Source: Gammaproteobacteria bacterium
Lineage (GTDB): Bacteria > Pseudomonadota > Gammaproteobacteria > Ga0077536
DNA length: 64,000 bases
Assembly (NCBI GenBank): GCA_965278995.1
Contig: OZ257136.1
Span: forward strand, 2,940,553-3,004,552
Direction: 5' to 3'
Shown here: piece by piece, positions 37,602 to 46,727 of the stretch
Layout of the letters: each line of letters starts with the position of its first letter
How positions within the stretch are numbered: the first letter of the stretch is position 1
The notes under the pieces: generated by a model
The model's database searches: none
What the model was told of the DNA's origin: nothing
What the model saw: only the letters and a program-made list of their open reading frames with translations
Program-made: the position numbers and the translations under genes

Positions 37602-37988
37602 TCAGGGCTGCGGCGTCCCATTGCGATATCCCGTCAGCTTGGCGCAGCCAGGGCCATAGCGCACATCGGCACGATGGAAATTGAGCCAGTTGTCACCGAT
37701 CAGCTGCTTCATGTCGATCGACGCTTTGGCGACCAGGTCGTCGACTGCCTTGCGGTCGGCGCGCTGCAATGCCTCATTGAACGCGCCCTCACCGGCCAGA
37801 TAGAGTGCTTCATACTCGCTCATGGGCCGCGCATTGACTGCATTGAAATAATACGCGGCGCAGGTCGCGAACGGCCCGGCTGCGACGATACTGGTGTCGT
37901 CGGCCTGAACCTGGGCTGCGGCAGTCAACGGCAGTTGGGCAAGCGTGATCAACGCCAACGCTGTCGTCCACCCACTCGTGCGCGTCAT
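37602..37988 (-). CDS. hypothetical secreted protein
   Basis: Signal peptide (TALALITLAQLPLTAAAQVQA). No recognised domain. Confidence 0.4.
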   Translation of the reverse strand: MTRTSGWTTALALITLAQLPLTAAAQVQADDTSIVAAGPFATCAAYYFNAVNARPMSEYEALYLAGEGAFNEALQRADRKAVDDLVAKASIDMKQLIGDNWLNFHRADVRYGPGCAKLTGYRNGTPQP

Positions 37989-38006
37989 GAGTCATTCTCT
38001 CCGGGA

Positions 38007-38765
38007 TTAAAGTGCAGACGTACGCAGCGCGTCCAGCAGCTGCTGCGCGCCGGCCGCGAAAATACCGATGTCCGCACCGCAACACAATAGCGTGTAGCCC
38101 TCCGCCGCGCGCGACGCAACGACTGCCGGCGTGCCGCCGTAATAACCGAGTCTGAGCGCCTGCGCCAGACAGACATCACGCACGCGATCGATGGCTGCGA
38201 GCACTGCGCGATCGTTCAGCTTTCCAGTTTTGTTCAAACTCGCGGATAGGTCATATGGGCCGATGAAGACAGCATCGATACCAGGCACCGCGGCAATGGC
38301 TTCAATATTCTCGACCGCATCGACGTGTTCGGCCTGTACCACGACGATCGTCGTCTCGTTGGCGTGGGCCAGATACTCTTCGAAGCGAAGGCCGTAACCG
38401 CTGGCGCGGCTGAGACCGATACCACGCGAACCGTCAGGGGGATATTTTGCGTAGCTCACGACCAGGCGTGCGTGTGCGGCCGAATTGACTTGCGGCACGA
38501 TGATGCCGGCGGCGCCGGCATCGAGTGCACGCTTGATCGAAATTTCGTCGCCGCGCGAAACCCGCACCAGGCACGGCGTATTGCCGGCAATCTGAATGAT
38601 ATGTTGAACGGCATCAGGCAGCAGCGGCGCGTGCTCGGTCTCGATGAACAGCCAGTCGAAACCAAGTTGACATAGCGTTTCAATAATCACCGCTGAATCG
38701 AGCGTGACCATGCAGCCGATCAGCGTCTCGCCGCCGCGCAGCCGCTGGCGAAAATCATTGTTCAT
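38007..38765 (-). CDS. HpcH/HpaI family aldolase (2-dehydro-3-deoxyglucarate/2,4-dihydroxyhept-2-enedioate aldolase-like)
   Basis: Sequence GCMVTLDSAVIIETLCQLGFDWLFIETEHAP...GIIVPQVNSAAHARLVVSYAKYPPDGSRG is typical of the family. Confidence 0.8.
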   Translation of the reverse strand: MNNDFRQRLRGGETLIGCMVTLDSAVIIETLCQLGFDWLFIETEHAPLLPDAVQHIIQIAGNTPCLVRVSRGDEISIKRALDAGAAGIIVPQVNSAAHARLVVSYAKYPPDGSRGIGLSRASGYGLRFEEYLAHANETTIVVVQAEHVDAVENIEAIAAVPGIDAVFIGPYDLSASLNKTGKLNDRAVLAAIDRVRDVCLAQALRLGYYGGTPAVVASRAAEGYTLLCCGADIGIFAAGAQQLLDALRTSAL

Positions 38766-38795
38766 GAGATTGGATACTTATTCCGATTGAATACC

Positions 38796-39638
38796 TCAGC
38801 CAGGCAGATCGAACGTTTCGCTCCAGCTCAGACCTTTCGAATCGACGACTTCGGCACGCAATTGTCGCGCACCGTTTGGCTTGAAGAAAAATCGGAAGCT
38901 CGGATCCTCGCTGACCGAAAAGCCGGTTTCGGCGGTCATCAGTAAAGTTTCGCCTTCATAAATCTTGATCGTCTTGACGTAATGTTCGGGCCGGATAAGC
39001 TGCGTTTTCTGATCCTTCTGCATGCCGGTGACGTTGGGATGACTGAGCATGAACTGCCCGATCATGAGGCCGTCATCCCGGTCGTCGGCGACGGCGCGAA
39101 ACTTCATCGACCCGATACGCGCCATCGCCTTGTCGAAATCAGATGCCGCCGGCGCCGAACAGCCGCCCTGCGCCTTGACGAAATTCGTCACCAGATGATG
39201 CTCGCCGTTATTCAACACGGCGACCGCGCGGATATTGGTGTACTTATCGACGCGCACGCGCATCGCCAGATCGGCGCGGCCCAACGCCGGCGTCAGATGG
39301 AATACCCCGACCAGCGGCTGCGGATTGCTTTCGACAAACACGTAAATGGTCTCGATATGACGCGTTCCCGTCTGCGGGAACGCCGCCGTGATGGAGACTG
39401 GCGTGAATGCAGCATCCTCGGCTCGATACGGCGTCTTCATATCGATGACGGTTCGATCTTCGATGAGTTCGGCATCGGCGAAGTAATGCGGCTTGAGCAG
39501 GGTTGCCCAGATATCCAGCGGGGATTGATTGGGAGACGATTGCCCGGATTGCAATGCGTCGGCCGGCGCCTGTTCAAGCGCCGTCAGCGTCTGGGCGAAA
39601 AGCAGGAACAACCCGAATATGGCCAGGTGACCGAACAT
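38796..39638 (-). CDS. SoxY-SoxZ-like fused carrier protein (quinoprotein-dehydrogenase-associated SoxYZ-like family)
   Basis: Signal peptide. SoxY-like N-domain ends in a GGC(S) motif (KAQGGCSAP). SoxZ-like Ig-fold C-domain (IKIYEGETLLMTAETGFSVSEDPSFRFFFKPNG). Confidence 0.5.
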   Translation of the reverse strand: MFGHLAIFGLFLLFAQTLTALEQAPADALQSGQSSPNQSPLDIWATLLKPHYFADAELIEDRTVIDMKTPYRAEDAAFTPVSITAAFPQTGTRHIETIYVFVESNPQPLVGVFHLTPALGRADLAMRVRVDKYTNIRAVAVLNNGEHHLVTNFVKAQGGCSAPAASDFDKAMARIGSMKFRAVADDRDDGLMIGQFMLSHPNVTGMQKDQKTQLIRPEHYVKTIKIYEGETLLMTAETGFSVSEDPSFRFFFKPNGARQLRAEVVDSKGLSWSETFDLPG

Positions 39639-39737
39639 GGCTATCTCCCCGAGCGCAAGGTATGTCGCTTGCGGCCAATTGCGTGGATCAGAAACACGGC
39701 ATCGTGTTCAGGTTGTCGCAGCGTGATTCTAGCAGCC

Positions 39738-40703
39738 TCACGAGAAATGCTGATAACCGCCCATGACCATGGCCGGAATGGCAACGCCGCCGCTGCGGCA
39801 GTGGACCCCGCTGCCTGCCTGAATGCGACCGATGACGGTGACCTTGACGCCGATATCCGTGGTCCGCTGGCGCAGCGCAGCAATCGCCGCGGGCGGTACC
39901 GTGAAAGCGAGTTCGTAATCATCGCCGCCGGTCAATGCGTTTCGCAACGCCTGTTCACGACCACATACGGCAAGTTGCGCGGCCGACAGCGGAATGGCAT
40001 CGACATCGATCTCCGCAGCACAGCCGCTGCTGCGCGCAATATGGCCGAGATCGGCCAGCAGGCCGTCGGAGATATCGATGGCAGCATGTGCCAGTTCGCG
40101 CAAGACCAGCCCCAACGCGAGGCGAGGCTGTGGATAGTAGAATCGCTGCACCAGCCATTCGCGTGATGATTGCTCGTCGCCAGCAACCGGCGCGTCGGCG
40201 TGCACGGCGAGACCGGCACAGGCGTCGCCCAGCGTTCCGCTGACGCAGACGAGATCGCCTGATTGCGCGCCGGCTCGCGTCAGCGGATCGCCGCCGAGTT
40301 CGCCGATCAGCTGCACTGTGACCGTCAGCGGCCCGCGTGTCGTGTCGCCACCGATCAATCGCGTCGCGTCTGGCTGCAGTGCCGCCGACAGTCCACTGCT
40401 GAACGCGGCCAGCCAGTCCGCATCGGCCATCGGCACAGTAAGCGCAAGGGTTGCCCAGCGGGGCATTGAGCCCATTGCCGCGAGATCGCTCAGATTGACG
40501 GCGCCGGCGCGATAACCAATGGCATGCGGCGGCGCCGATAACGGAAAATGCACGCCAGCAACCAGCGTATCGACGACCACGACGAGACGACGCGAACCAG
40601 CACAAATCACTGCACCATCGTCGCCCTGACCGACGATGAGATCGGTGCCCTCACCTTGCAGTGGCGCGAAATAGCGCGCGATGAGTTCGAACTCATCCAT
40701 CAT
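39738..40703 (-). CDS. thiL: thiamine-monophosphate kinase
   Basis: Start at Met46 of ORF 39738..40838 (MMDEFELIARYFAPL...GDDGAV). AIR-synthase-related fold. Final gene of the nusB operon. Confidence 0.85.
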   Translation of the reverse strand: MMDEFELIARYFAPLQGEGTDLIVGQGDDGAVICAGSRRLVVVVDTLVAGVHFPLSAPPHAIGYRAGAVNLSDLAAMGSMPRWATLALTVPMADADWLAAFSSGLSAALQPDATRLIGGDTTRGPLTVTVQLIGELGGDPLTRAGAQSGDLVCVSGTLGDACAGLAVHADAPVAGDEQSSREWLVQRFYYPQPRLALGLVLRELAHAAIDISDGLLADLGHIARSSGCAAEIDVDAIPLSAAQLAVCGREQALRNALTGGDDYELAFTVPPAAIAALRQRTTDIGVKVTVIGRIQAGSGVHCRSGGVAIPAMVMGGYQHFS

Positions 40704-40729
40704 CGTGGCACGCCACGGACTGCCGGCCT

Positions 40730-41185
40730 TCAGGACGAAGGCTGGGCTGCGACCTCGACAGCCCGTTGCGTCTGCGCCAGTCGATCGAGCACGCCGTTGA
40801 TGTAACGGTGACCTTCGGCCGTACCGAACATTTTGCACAGTTCGACACCTTCGTTGATGACGACCCGAAACGGCATATCGAGACAGTTGCGAAGTTCGAA
40901 CGCGCCGATCAGCAGGACACTGCGTTCGACCGGGTCGAGCGATTTCCAGGCGCGATCAAGGCAGGGTTCGAGATCGGCTTTCAAGGTCTCGAACTGCAAC
41001 GGCACTTCACGCACCAGATTCGAAAAATACGCCATATCAACGCTGACCAGTTCACGGTCGGCAACGAATTCACGAACGATTGCCGAAGGTTCCGCGCCGG
41101 CCATCTGCCATTGATAGAGCGCCTGCACGGCACAGCGGCGCGCGCGTACGCGGCCACGGTGTCCGGCATGCGTGGCCTTGGTCAC
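40730..41185 (-). CDS. nusB: transcription antitermination factor NusB
   Basis: [13 protein letters not shown]...INGVLD NusB signature. 4-nt overlap with ribH. Confidence 0.9.
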   Translation of the reverse strand: MTKATHAGHRGRVRARRCAVQALYQWQMAGAEPSAIVREFVADRELVSVDMAYFSNLVREVPLQFETLKADLEPCLDRAWKSLDPVERSVLLIGAFELRNCLDMPFRVVINEGVELCKMFGTAEGHRYINGVLDRLAQTQRAVEVAAQPSS

Positions 41186-41652
41186 AGTTGGCGCAGCAGG
41201 GAAATCATTTCGATAGCCGTCATCGCCGCTTCGCCGCCTTTGTTACCGGCTTTGGTCCCGGCCCGCTCTACTGCCTGTTCGATGGTGTCGGTGGTCAATA
41301 CGCCAAAGATGACCGGCACCCCGCTATCGCTCGCCACGCTGGCAAGACCGCGTGAACAGGCCCCGGCAACGTGATCGAAGTGCGCCGTCGAGCCACGGAT
41401 CACCGCGCCAAGCGCAATGATGGCGTCATACTTGCCCGACTTTGCCAGACGGGCAGCCACCACCGGCATTTCGAATGCGCCGGGTGCACGCACGACCGTG
41501 ATGCCGTCATTGACGCCATGGCGCGCCAGCATATCGAGCGCACCGCGTTCGAGACTCTCGACGATGAAGCCGTTGAATCGTGCACTGATGATGGCAATGC
41601 TGACCTTGTCATCAAGATGATAGCGACCTTCGAGCGTGATGAGATTCTGCAT
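41182..41652 (-). CDS. ribH: 6,7-dimethyl-8-ribityllumazine synthase
   Basis: [16 protein letters not shown]...VVRAPGAFE...[14 protein letters not shown]. Confidence 0.9.
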   Translation of the reverse strand: MQNLITLEGRYHLDDKVSIAIISARFNGFIVESLERGALDMLARHGVNDGITVVRAPGAFEMPVVAARLAKSGKYDAIIALGAVIRGSTAHFDHVAGACSRGLASVASDSGVPVIFGVLTTDTIEQAVERAGTKAGNKGGEAAMTAIEMISLLRQL

Positions 41653-41664
41653 GAACGATACCTG

Positions 41665-42771
41665 TCAGGTTACGTATTCGACAACTTCAAGGCCGAAGCC
41701 CGAGATTGCGTGATATTTGCGCGGATTGCTCATGACGCGCATTTTCTTCACGCCGAGATCAGCCAGGATCTGCGCGCCGAGACCAATCTGGCGCCAGTCC
41801 ATGGGGCTCGACTCGCGGCGGTTTCCAGTGCCGGGATCGCCTTCGCTATAGCGGGCAACCTCGCGCACGAGTTCGGCGTTGTTGATCTGATTGGTGAGCA
41901 CGATGACGACGCCTTCGCCGGCCTCGCTGACCCGCTTCAGCGCATCGCGGAGCGGCCACCCCGTATCTTTGCGGATACTCGCTGTCAAATCTTCGAACGG
42001 ATTGTAGATGTGCACACGGACGAGTGTCGGCCGCTCCGGGCTGATGTCGCCTTTGACCATCGCCATGTGCAGATCGCCATGAATCGCGTCCTGATAAGCA
42101 TGCAGATGAAAATCGCCAAACTCGGTCGGCAGCACCGAGTGCGCGGCGCGCTCAACCGTTTTCTCGTTTTCGATGCGATAGCGGATGAGGTCGGCGATGG
42201 TCCCGATTTTGAGATTGTGCTCACGGGCAATCACTTCGAGGTCAGGGCGGCGTGCCATGCTGCCGTCGTCTTTCAGGATCTCGACGATCACCGCAGCGGG
42301 CTCAAGGCCGGCCAGACGGCCAAAATCGCACCCTGCTTCGGTATGCCCGGCCCGCGTCAGAACACCGCCCGACTGCGCCATCAGCGGAAAAATATGGCCA
42401 GGCTGGGTGAGATCGGCAGCCACCGCCTTGGGTGCAACTGCGGCACGCACAGTGCGTGCTCTATCGGCCGCCGAGATGCCGGTGGTGACGCCTTCGGCAG
42501 CTTCGATCGAGACCGTGAAATTCGTGCGGTTGGTATAGCGCGTATCCTGCACCATCAGCGGCAGATTGAGTCGCCGGCAACGATCTTCGGTCAAGGTCAG
42601 GCAGATCAGGCCGCGACCATGCTTGGCCATGAAGTTGATGTGCTCGGCCGTGCAGTGCGCCGCAGCAATGATGAAATCACCTTCGTTCTCGCGGTCTTCA
42701 TCGTCCATGATGATGATCATGCGTCCGGCGCGAATGTCGTCGATGAGTTCCTGAGCCGAATTGAGTGCCAT
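41665..42771 (-). CDS. ribBA: bifunctional 3,4-dihydroxy-2-butanone-4-phosphate synthase / GTP cyclohydrolase II
   Basis: Start at Met18 of ORF 41665..42822. DHBP synthase motif (RENEGDFI) followed by the GTP cyclohydrolase II domain. Confidence 0.9.
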   Translation of the reverse strand: MALNSAQELIDDIRAGRMIIIMDDEDRENEGDFIIAAAHCTAEHINFMAKHGRGLICLTLTEDRCRRLNLPLMVQDTRYTNRTNFTVSIEAAEGVTTGISAADRARTVRAAVAPKAVAADLTQPGHIFPLMAQSGGVLTRAGHTEAGCDFGRLAGLEPAAVIVEILKDDGSMARRPDLEVIAREHNLKIGTIADLIRYRIENEKTVERAAHSVLPTEFGDFHLHAYQDAIHGDLHMAMVKGDISPERPTLVRVHIYNPFEDLTASIRKDTGWPLRDALKRVSEAGEGVVIVLTNQINNAELVREVARYSEGDPGTGNRRESSPMDWRQIGLGAQILADLGVKKMRVMSNPRKYHAISGFGLEVVEYVT

Positions 42772-42849
42772 GATGATTCCGGTTTGCGTTCGGGAGGCGT
42801 TAGGACCGGTGATTATAAACATTTCATCCGCAGGGGGGTGCCTGTCGCG

Positions 42850-43500
42850 CTAGCGAACGAAGCCTGCAGCACCGAGCTGAGCGAGCGACAGGCCGCCGGC
42901 ACCACCGGCGTCGTGGCGTAATAGACGCTCGATATAGCGCGCGATGAGGTCGACTTCGATATTGGCGGCGGCGCCGACGGCCAGAGAGCCCAGGGTCGTT
43001 CGTTCCAGCGTGTGCGGAATCGTCAGCACTTCGAACCAGTCGTCGCCCGCGTCGTTGACCGTCAAGCTCACGCCATCGATGGTGACTGACCCTTTGAACG
43101 CCAGATAGCGCGCTAGTGCAGCCGGGACCGACAGCACCAGACGCACGTATTCACCGCGCGACTCGCGGCGCGATACCTGACCAAGACCATCCACATGGCC
43201 ACTGACGAGGTGCCCGCCCAGCCGGTCGGTAAGTCGCAGCGCTTTCTCCAGATTAACTGAATCGCCGGTGCGTTTACTGCCCAGCGTCGTGCGCGCCAAG
43301 GTCTCCGTTGAGACATCGACTTCGAAACTGCCGCGCGCCAGTGCGACCACGGTCAGGCACGGACCGGAGACCGCAATCGAATCGCCGAGTTGAACGTCGT
43401 CCAGTGCGAGCGTGCCACTGTCGATCGCAAGCCGCATTGCCTGGCCGGTGTTGTCGAGTCGCACAATACGTCCGACGGTTTCCACGATTCCGGTAAACAT
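42850..43500 (-). CDS. ribE: riboflavin synthase alpha subunit
   Basis: MFTGIVETVGRI... with duplicated lumazine-binding repeats. Confidence 0.9.
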   Translation of the reverse strand: MFTGIVETVGRIVRLDNTGQAMRLAIDSGTLALDDVQLGDSIAVSGPCLTVVALARGSFEVDVSTETLARTTLGSKRTGDSVNLEKALRLTDRLGGHLVSGHVDGLGQVSRRESRGEYVRLVLSVPAALARYLAFKGSVTIDGVSLTVNDAGDDWFEVLTIPHTLERTTLGSLAVGAAANIEVDLIARYIERLLRHDAGGAGGLSLAQLGAAGFVR

Positions 43501-43502
43501 GC

Positions 43503-44639
43503 TTACTCCTCCACCGTGTCGGTTCCCGCGGTCCCGGCACGTGACTGCAATACGAGACGAAGATCCGAACCGATCACGGTGCTGTCGGTGAGAATGAAAC
43601 CACTAGCATCGGCAAGTCTGGCCGGCGATGGAACGGCCAGTGCCGGGCGGGCGTCCTGCCCGAGCAGTTTGGGCGCGATGTACAGTATCAACTCGTCGAC
43701 AAAACCGCCGCTCAGAAACGCAGCGGCGAGCGTCGGCCCCGCTTCGACCAGCAGCTCATTGACCTCAAGTGCGCCAAGACGGTTCAACAGGCTGACCAGC
43801 ACGGCGGCGTCATCGCCAGCCGGCAGCGCTTCGACTTCGGCGCCGGCCGCACGCAATGCCGCTGCACGAGCTAACATTGCGGGAAGGCAGAACACGTGAG
43901 TTTCGCCGGCCAGACTCAACATGCGTGCCGTCACCGGTGTACGCAGCGCGCGGTCGAGCACAATCCTTCGCGGCTGACGCCCGCGCATCTCGAACGCGGC
44001 ATCGCGAACGTTCAGCGAAGGATCATCAGCGAGGACCGTGCCGATGCCGGTGACAATGGCACACGATTCCGCGCGCAGACGCTGCACGTCGGCTCGTGCC
44101 AATGGGCCGGTGATCCACTGACTCTGGCCATCGGCCAGCGCCGCGCGCGCATCGAGGCTCATCGCAAGCTTGACTCGTACGCGTGGACGACCGCTCAGCA
44201 TGCGTTGAAAGAAACCTCGATTCAGATGCGCGACCAGTTCGACACCGACGCCGCCGCAAACCTCGATACCGGCATCACGCAGTCTTGCAGCACCACTGCC
44301 GGAAACCCGCGGATTCGGATCGCCAGCGGCATACACAACGCGCCCGACACCGGCCGCAATCAGTGCCTCGCTGCACGGCGGCGTGCGGCCATGATGATTA
44401 CACGGCTCGAGCGAGACGTAGGCAGTGGCACCGGCGACCGGCACACTCGCTGCCGCGAGCGCCTCGACTTCGGCATGCGGCGCGCCTGCCTGGCGATGAT
44501 AGCCGCGACCGATAATCGCGTCGTGTTTGACGATGACGCAGCCGACGCTCGGATTCGGCGAAGTTGAATAGCGACCACGCTCGGCTTCGGTGACGGCCTC
44601 GCGCATCCAGCGCAGATCGCTGGCAGGTGCCGGGTTCAT
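43503..44639 (-). CDS. ribD: bifunctional diaminohydroxyphosphoribosylaminopyrimidine deaminase / 5-amino-6-(5-phosphoribosylamino)uracil reductase
   Basis: CMP/dCMP deaminase zinc motif (HAEVEAL...PCNHHGRTPPC) and a C-terminal reductase domain. Confidence 0.9.
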   Translation of the reverse strand: MNPAPASDLRWMREAVTEAERGRYSTSPNPSVGCVIVKHDAIIGRGYHRQAGAPHAEVEALAAASVPVAGATAYVSLEPCNHHGRTPPCSEALIAAGVGRVVYAAGDPNPRVSGSGAARLRDAGIEVCGGVGVELVAHLNRGFFQRMLSGRPRVRVKLAMSLDARAALADGQSQWITGPLARADVQRLRAESCAIVTGIGTVLADDPSLNVRDAAFEMRGRQPRRIVLDRALRTPVTARMLSLAGETHVFCLPAMLARAAALRAAGAEVEALPAGDDAAVLVSLLNRLGALEVNELLVEAGPTLAAAFLSGGFVDELILYIAPKLLGQDARPALAVPSPARLADASGFILTDSTVIGSDLRLVLQSRAGTAGTDTVEE

Positions 44640-44649
44640 GCGCGCATAT

Positions 44650-45168
44650 TCAAGGTGTTTTCTTCGACGGCTCCGGTTGCAGCAGGTCGAGCTGCTGCTC
44701 GCGCAGATCGGGCGGGAGATCGTTCTGCAGCTTCTCTATCTCTTCGAGAAACGCGCGGACATCGCCAAAACTGCGGTAGACCGATGCAAAACGCACGTAA
44801 GCGACCTGGTCCAGACCGCGCAACGCATCCATGACCAGCTCGCCGATGCGCCCGGTATCGACTTCGCGTTCACCACCTTCGCGGATGCGACGCTTGACGT
44901 GGTTGATGGCATCTTCGACCCGCTCCATCGGTACCGGCCGCTTTTCGAGCGCTTTCAATATGCCGCCGCGCAGCTTGTCGTCGTTGAACGTCTCACGACG
45001 ACCATCTGACTTGATGATACGCGGCAGACTGAGTTCGGCTGTCTCGTAGGTCGTGAACCGCGCTTTGCAACCCTGACATTCGCGTCGGCGACGGATCTGG
45101 TCGCCTTCGCCCAGCAGGCGCGAATCGATTACGCGCGTATCGCCGTGATTGCAGAATGGACAATGCAT
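44650..45168 (-). CDS. nrdR: transcriptional repressor NrdR
   Basis: [17 protein letters not shown]... zinc ribbon followed by an ATP-cone. Confidence 0.95.
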   Translation of the reverse strand: MHCPFCNHGDTRVIDSRLLGEGDQIRRRRECQGCKARFTTYETAELSLPRIIKSDGRRETFNDDKLRGGILKALEKRPVPMERVEDAINHVKRRIREGGEREVDTGRIGELVMDALRGLDQVAYVRFASVYRSFGDVRAFLEEIEKLQNDLPPDLREQQLDLLQPEPSKKTP

Positions 45169-45207
45169 TCGAATCAGCCCTCGCAGCTCAGCTGCACGTT
45201 TCGCCAG

Positions 45208-46464
45208 TCAGCCGGCATAAACCGGGTGACGACCGCACACTTCTTCGACCTGTCCGCGCACCCGTGCGCTTACCACCGGGTCATCGATGGCATCGAGGAT
45301 GTCGCACATCCAGCCAGCGAGATCGCGTGCCTCGCCGAGACCAAAACCGCGCGTGGTCATGGCCGGTGTACCGATACGAACGCCGCTGGTGACGAACGGA
45401 GATTGCGGATCGTCAGGCACAGCATTCTTATTGACCGTGATGTGCGCGGCGCCGAGTGCGGCGTCCGCCGCTTTGCCGGTCAGACCTTTGTCGACGAGGT
45501 CGATCAGGAACAGGTGATTGTCAGTACCTCCCGACACGACTTTGTAGCCGCGGCTCATGAACGTCTCGGCCATGGCCCGCGCATTGGCGATGACCTGCGC
45601 CTGATAGGTGCGGAATTCCGGTTCCATCGCTTCCTTGAACGCCACCGCCTTGGCTGCGATCACATGCATCAGCGGGCCGCCCTGAATACCCGGGAAAACC
45701 GCTGAACTGACCCTTTTCTCGAGAGCCTCATTGGCGCGAGCAAGGATGAGACCGCTGCGCGGGCCGCGCAGGGTTTTATGCGTCGTGGTCGTCGTCATAT
45801 CGGCGAACGGGACCGGGCTCGGATAGAGGCCAGCGGCAACGAGCCCCGCCACATGTGCCATATCGGCGACGAGAAAAGCGCCGACTTCATCGGCAATCTC
45901 GCGGAAGCGGGACCAGTCGACGATGCGGGAATAGGCCGAGAATCCGGTCATGATCAGCCGCGGCTTGTGCTCGCGTGCAAGTTTCACCACCTGGTCGTAG
46001 TCGATACGGCCGGTCTTGATGTCGATGCCGTACTGGTAAGCGCGATAAGTCTTGCCCGAGAAATTGACGCTCGCACCATGCGTCAGGTGCCCGCCATGCG
46101 CCAGGCTCATGCCCAGGATCGCGTCACCCGCATCGAGCAGGCCGAGATAGACCGCACCATTGGCCTGTGAACCCGAGTGCGGCTGCACGTTGGCATACGC
46201 GGCGCCGAACAGCGTCTTCGCGCGATCAATGGCGAGTTGCTCGACGACATCGACGAACTCGCACCCGCCGTAGTAGCGCTTCCCTGGATAGCCCTCGGCA
46301 TACTTATTGGTCAGTACGGTACCGGCCGCTGCGAGCACCCGCACACTGGTGTGGTTCTCAGAGGCGATGAGTTCGATATGCGTTTCCTGGCGTCGACGCT
46401 CGCCTTCGAGCGCGACCCACAGCTCCGGGTCGAAGTCGGCGATCGTCGTAGTGCGATTCAGCAT
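45208..46464 (-). CDS. glyA: serine hydroxymethyltransferase
   Basis: 418 aa; [12 protein letters not shown]-lysine region. Confidence 0.95.
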   Translation of the reverse strand: MLNRTTTIADFDPELWVALEGERRRQETHIELIASENHTSVRVLAAAGTVLTNKYAEGYPGKRYYGGCEFVDVVEQLAIDRAKTLFGAAYANVQPHSGSQANGAVYLGLLDAGDAILGMSLAHGGHLTHGASVNFSGKTYRAYQYGIDIKTGRIDYDQVVKLAREHKPRLIMTGFSAYSRIVDWSRFREIADEVGAFLVADMAHVAGLVAAGLYPSPVPFADMTTTTTHKTLRGPRSGLILARANEALEKRVSSAVFPGIQGGPLMHVIAAKAVAFKEAMEPEFRTYQAQVIANARAMAETFMSRGYKVVSGGTDNHLFLIDLVDKGLTGKAADAALGAAHITVNKNAVPDDPQSPFVTSGVRIGTPAMTTRGFGLGEARDLAGWMCDILDAIDDPVVSARVRGQVEEVCGRHPVYAG

Positions 46465-46727
46465 GCGAGGTCCTCCGTCAGATGAGTCGAGGCGCGCTGC
46501 AGGCAGGCACCCCGCCGGACTGCATTGCGGGCGTGCAGCGGACCGTCGAGCACACCACGGCTCCCGTCAGCACTACGGCGCAAAAGAATGTCCGCCGATT
46601 ATCGGCTATCGTGCCTGGGGACACAATCAAAACACCTTGAAATTCAAGGCTTATCTGCTTAAGGAACCCCTGCAGCGGCTGGTTCGAATCGCTACAGTAG
46701 CGGCCCGCTCGGTCGCTAAAGCAGAGC

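Noticed and set aside
37593-37614. 8-bp GC hairpin between the convergent GST and secreted-protein genes as a bidirectional terminator
   Set aside because: Overlaps the last codons of the minus-strand ORF and lacks a U-tract. Too weak to call.
41371-42921. 516-aa ORF antisense to ribH/ribBA/ribE
   Set aside because: Spans three conserved riboflavin genes on the opposite strand. Implausible as coding.
46677-46695. GGTTCGAATC T-loop-like motif (possible tRNA)
   Set aside because: Flanking sequence cannot form a T-arm, acceptor stem or anticodon arm. No cloverleaf is possible.
46465-46727. ZTP or other riboswitch in the glyA 5' region; FMN riboswitch before ribBA (42772-42849)
   Set aside because: Could not recognise the conserved ZTP pseudoknot/GGGUCGUGAC core or FMN aptamer elements by eye. 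An Rfam scan would be needed to exclude them formally.
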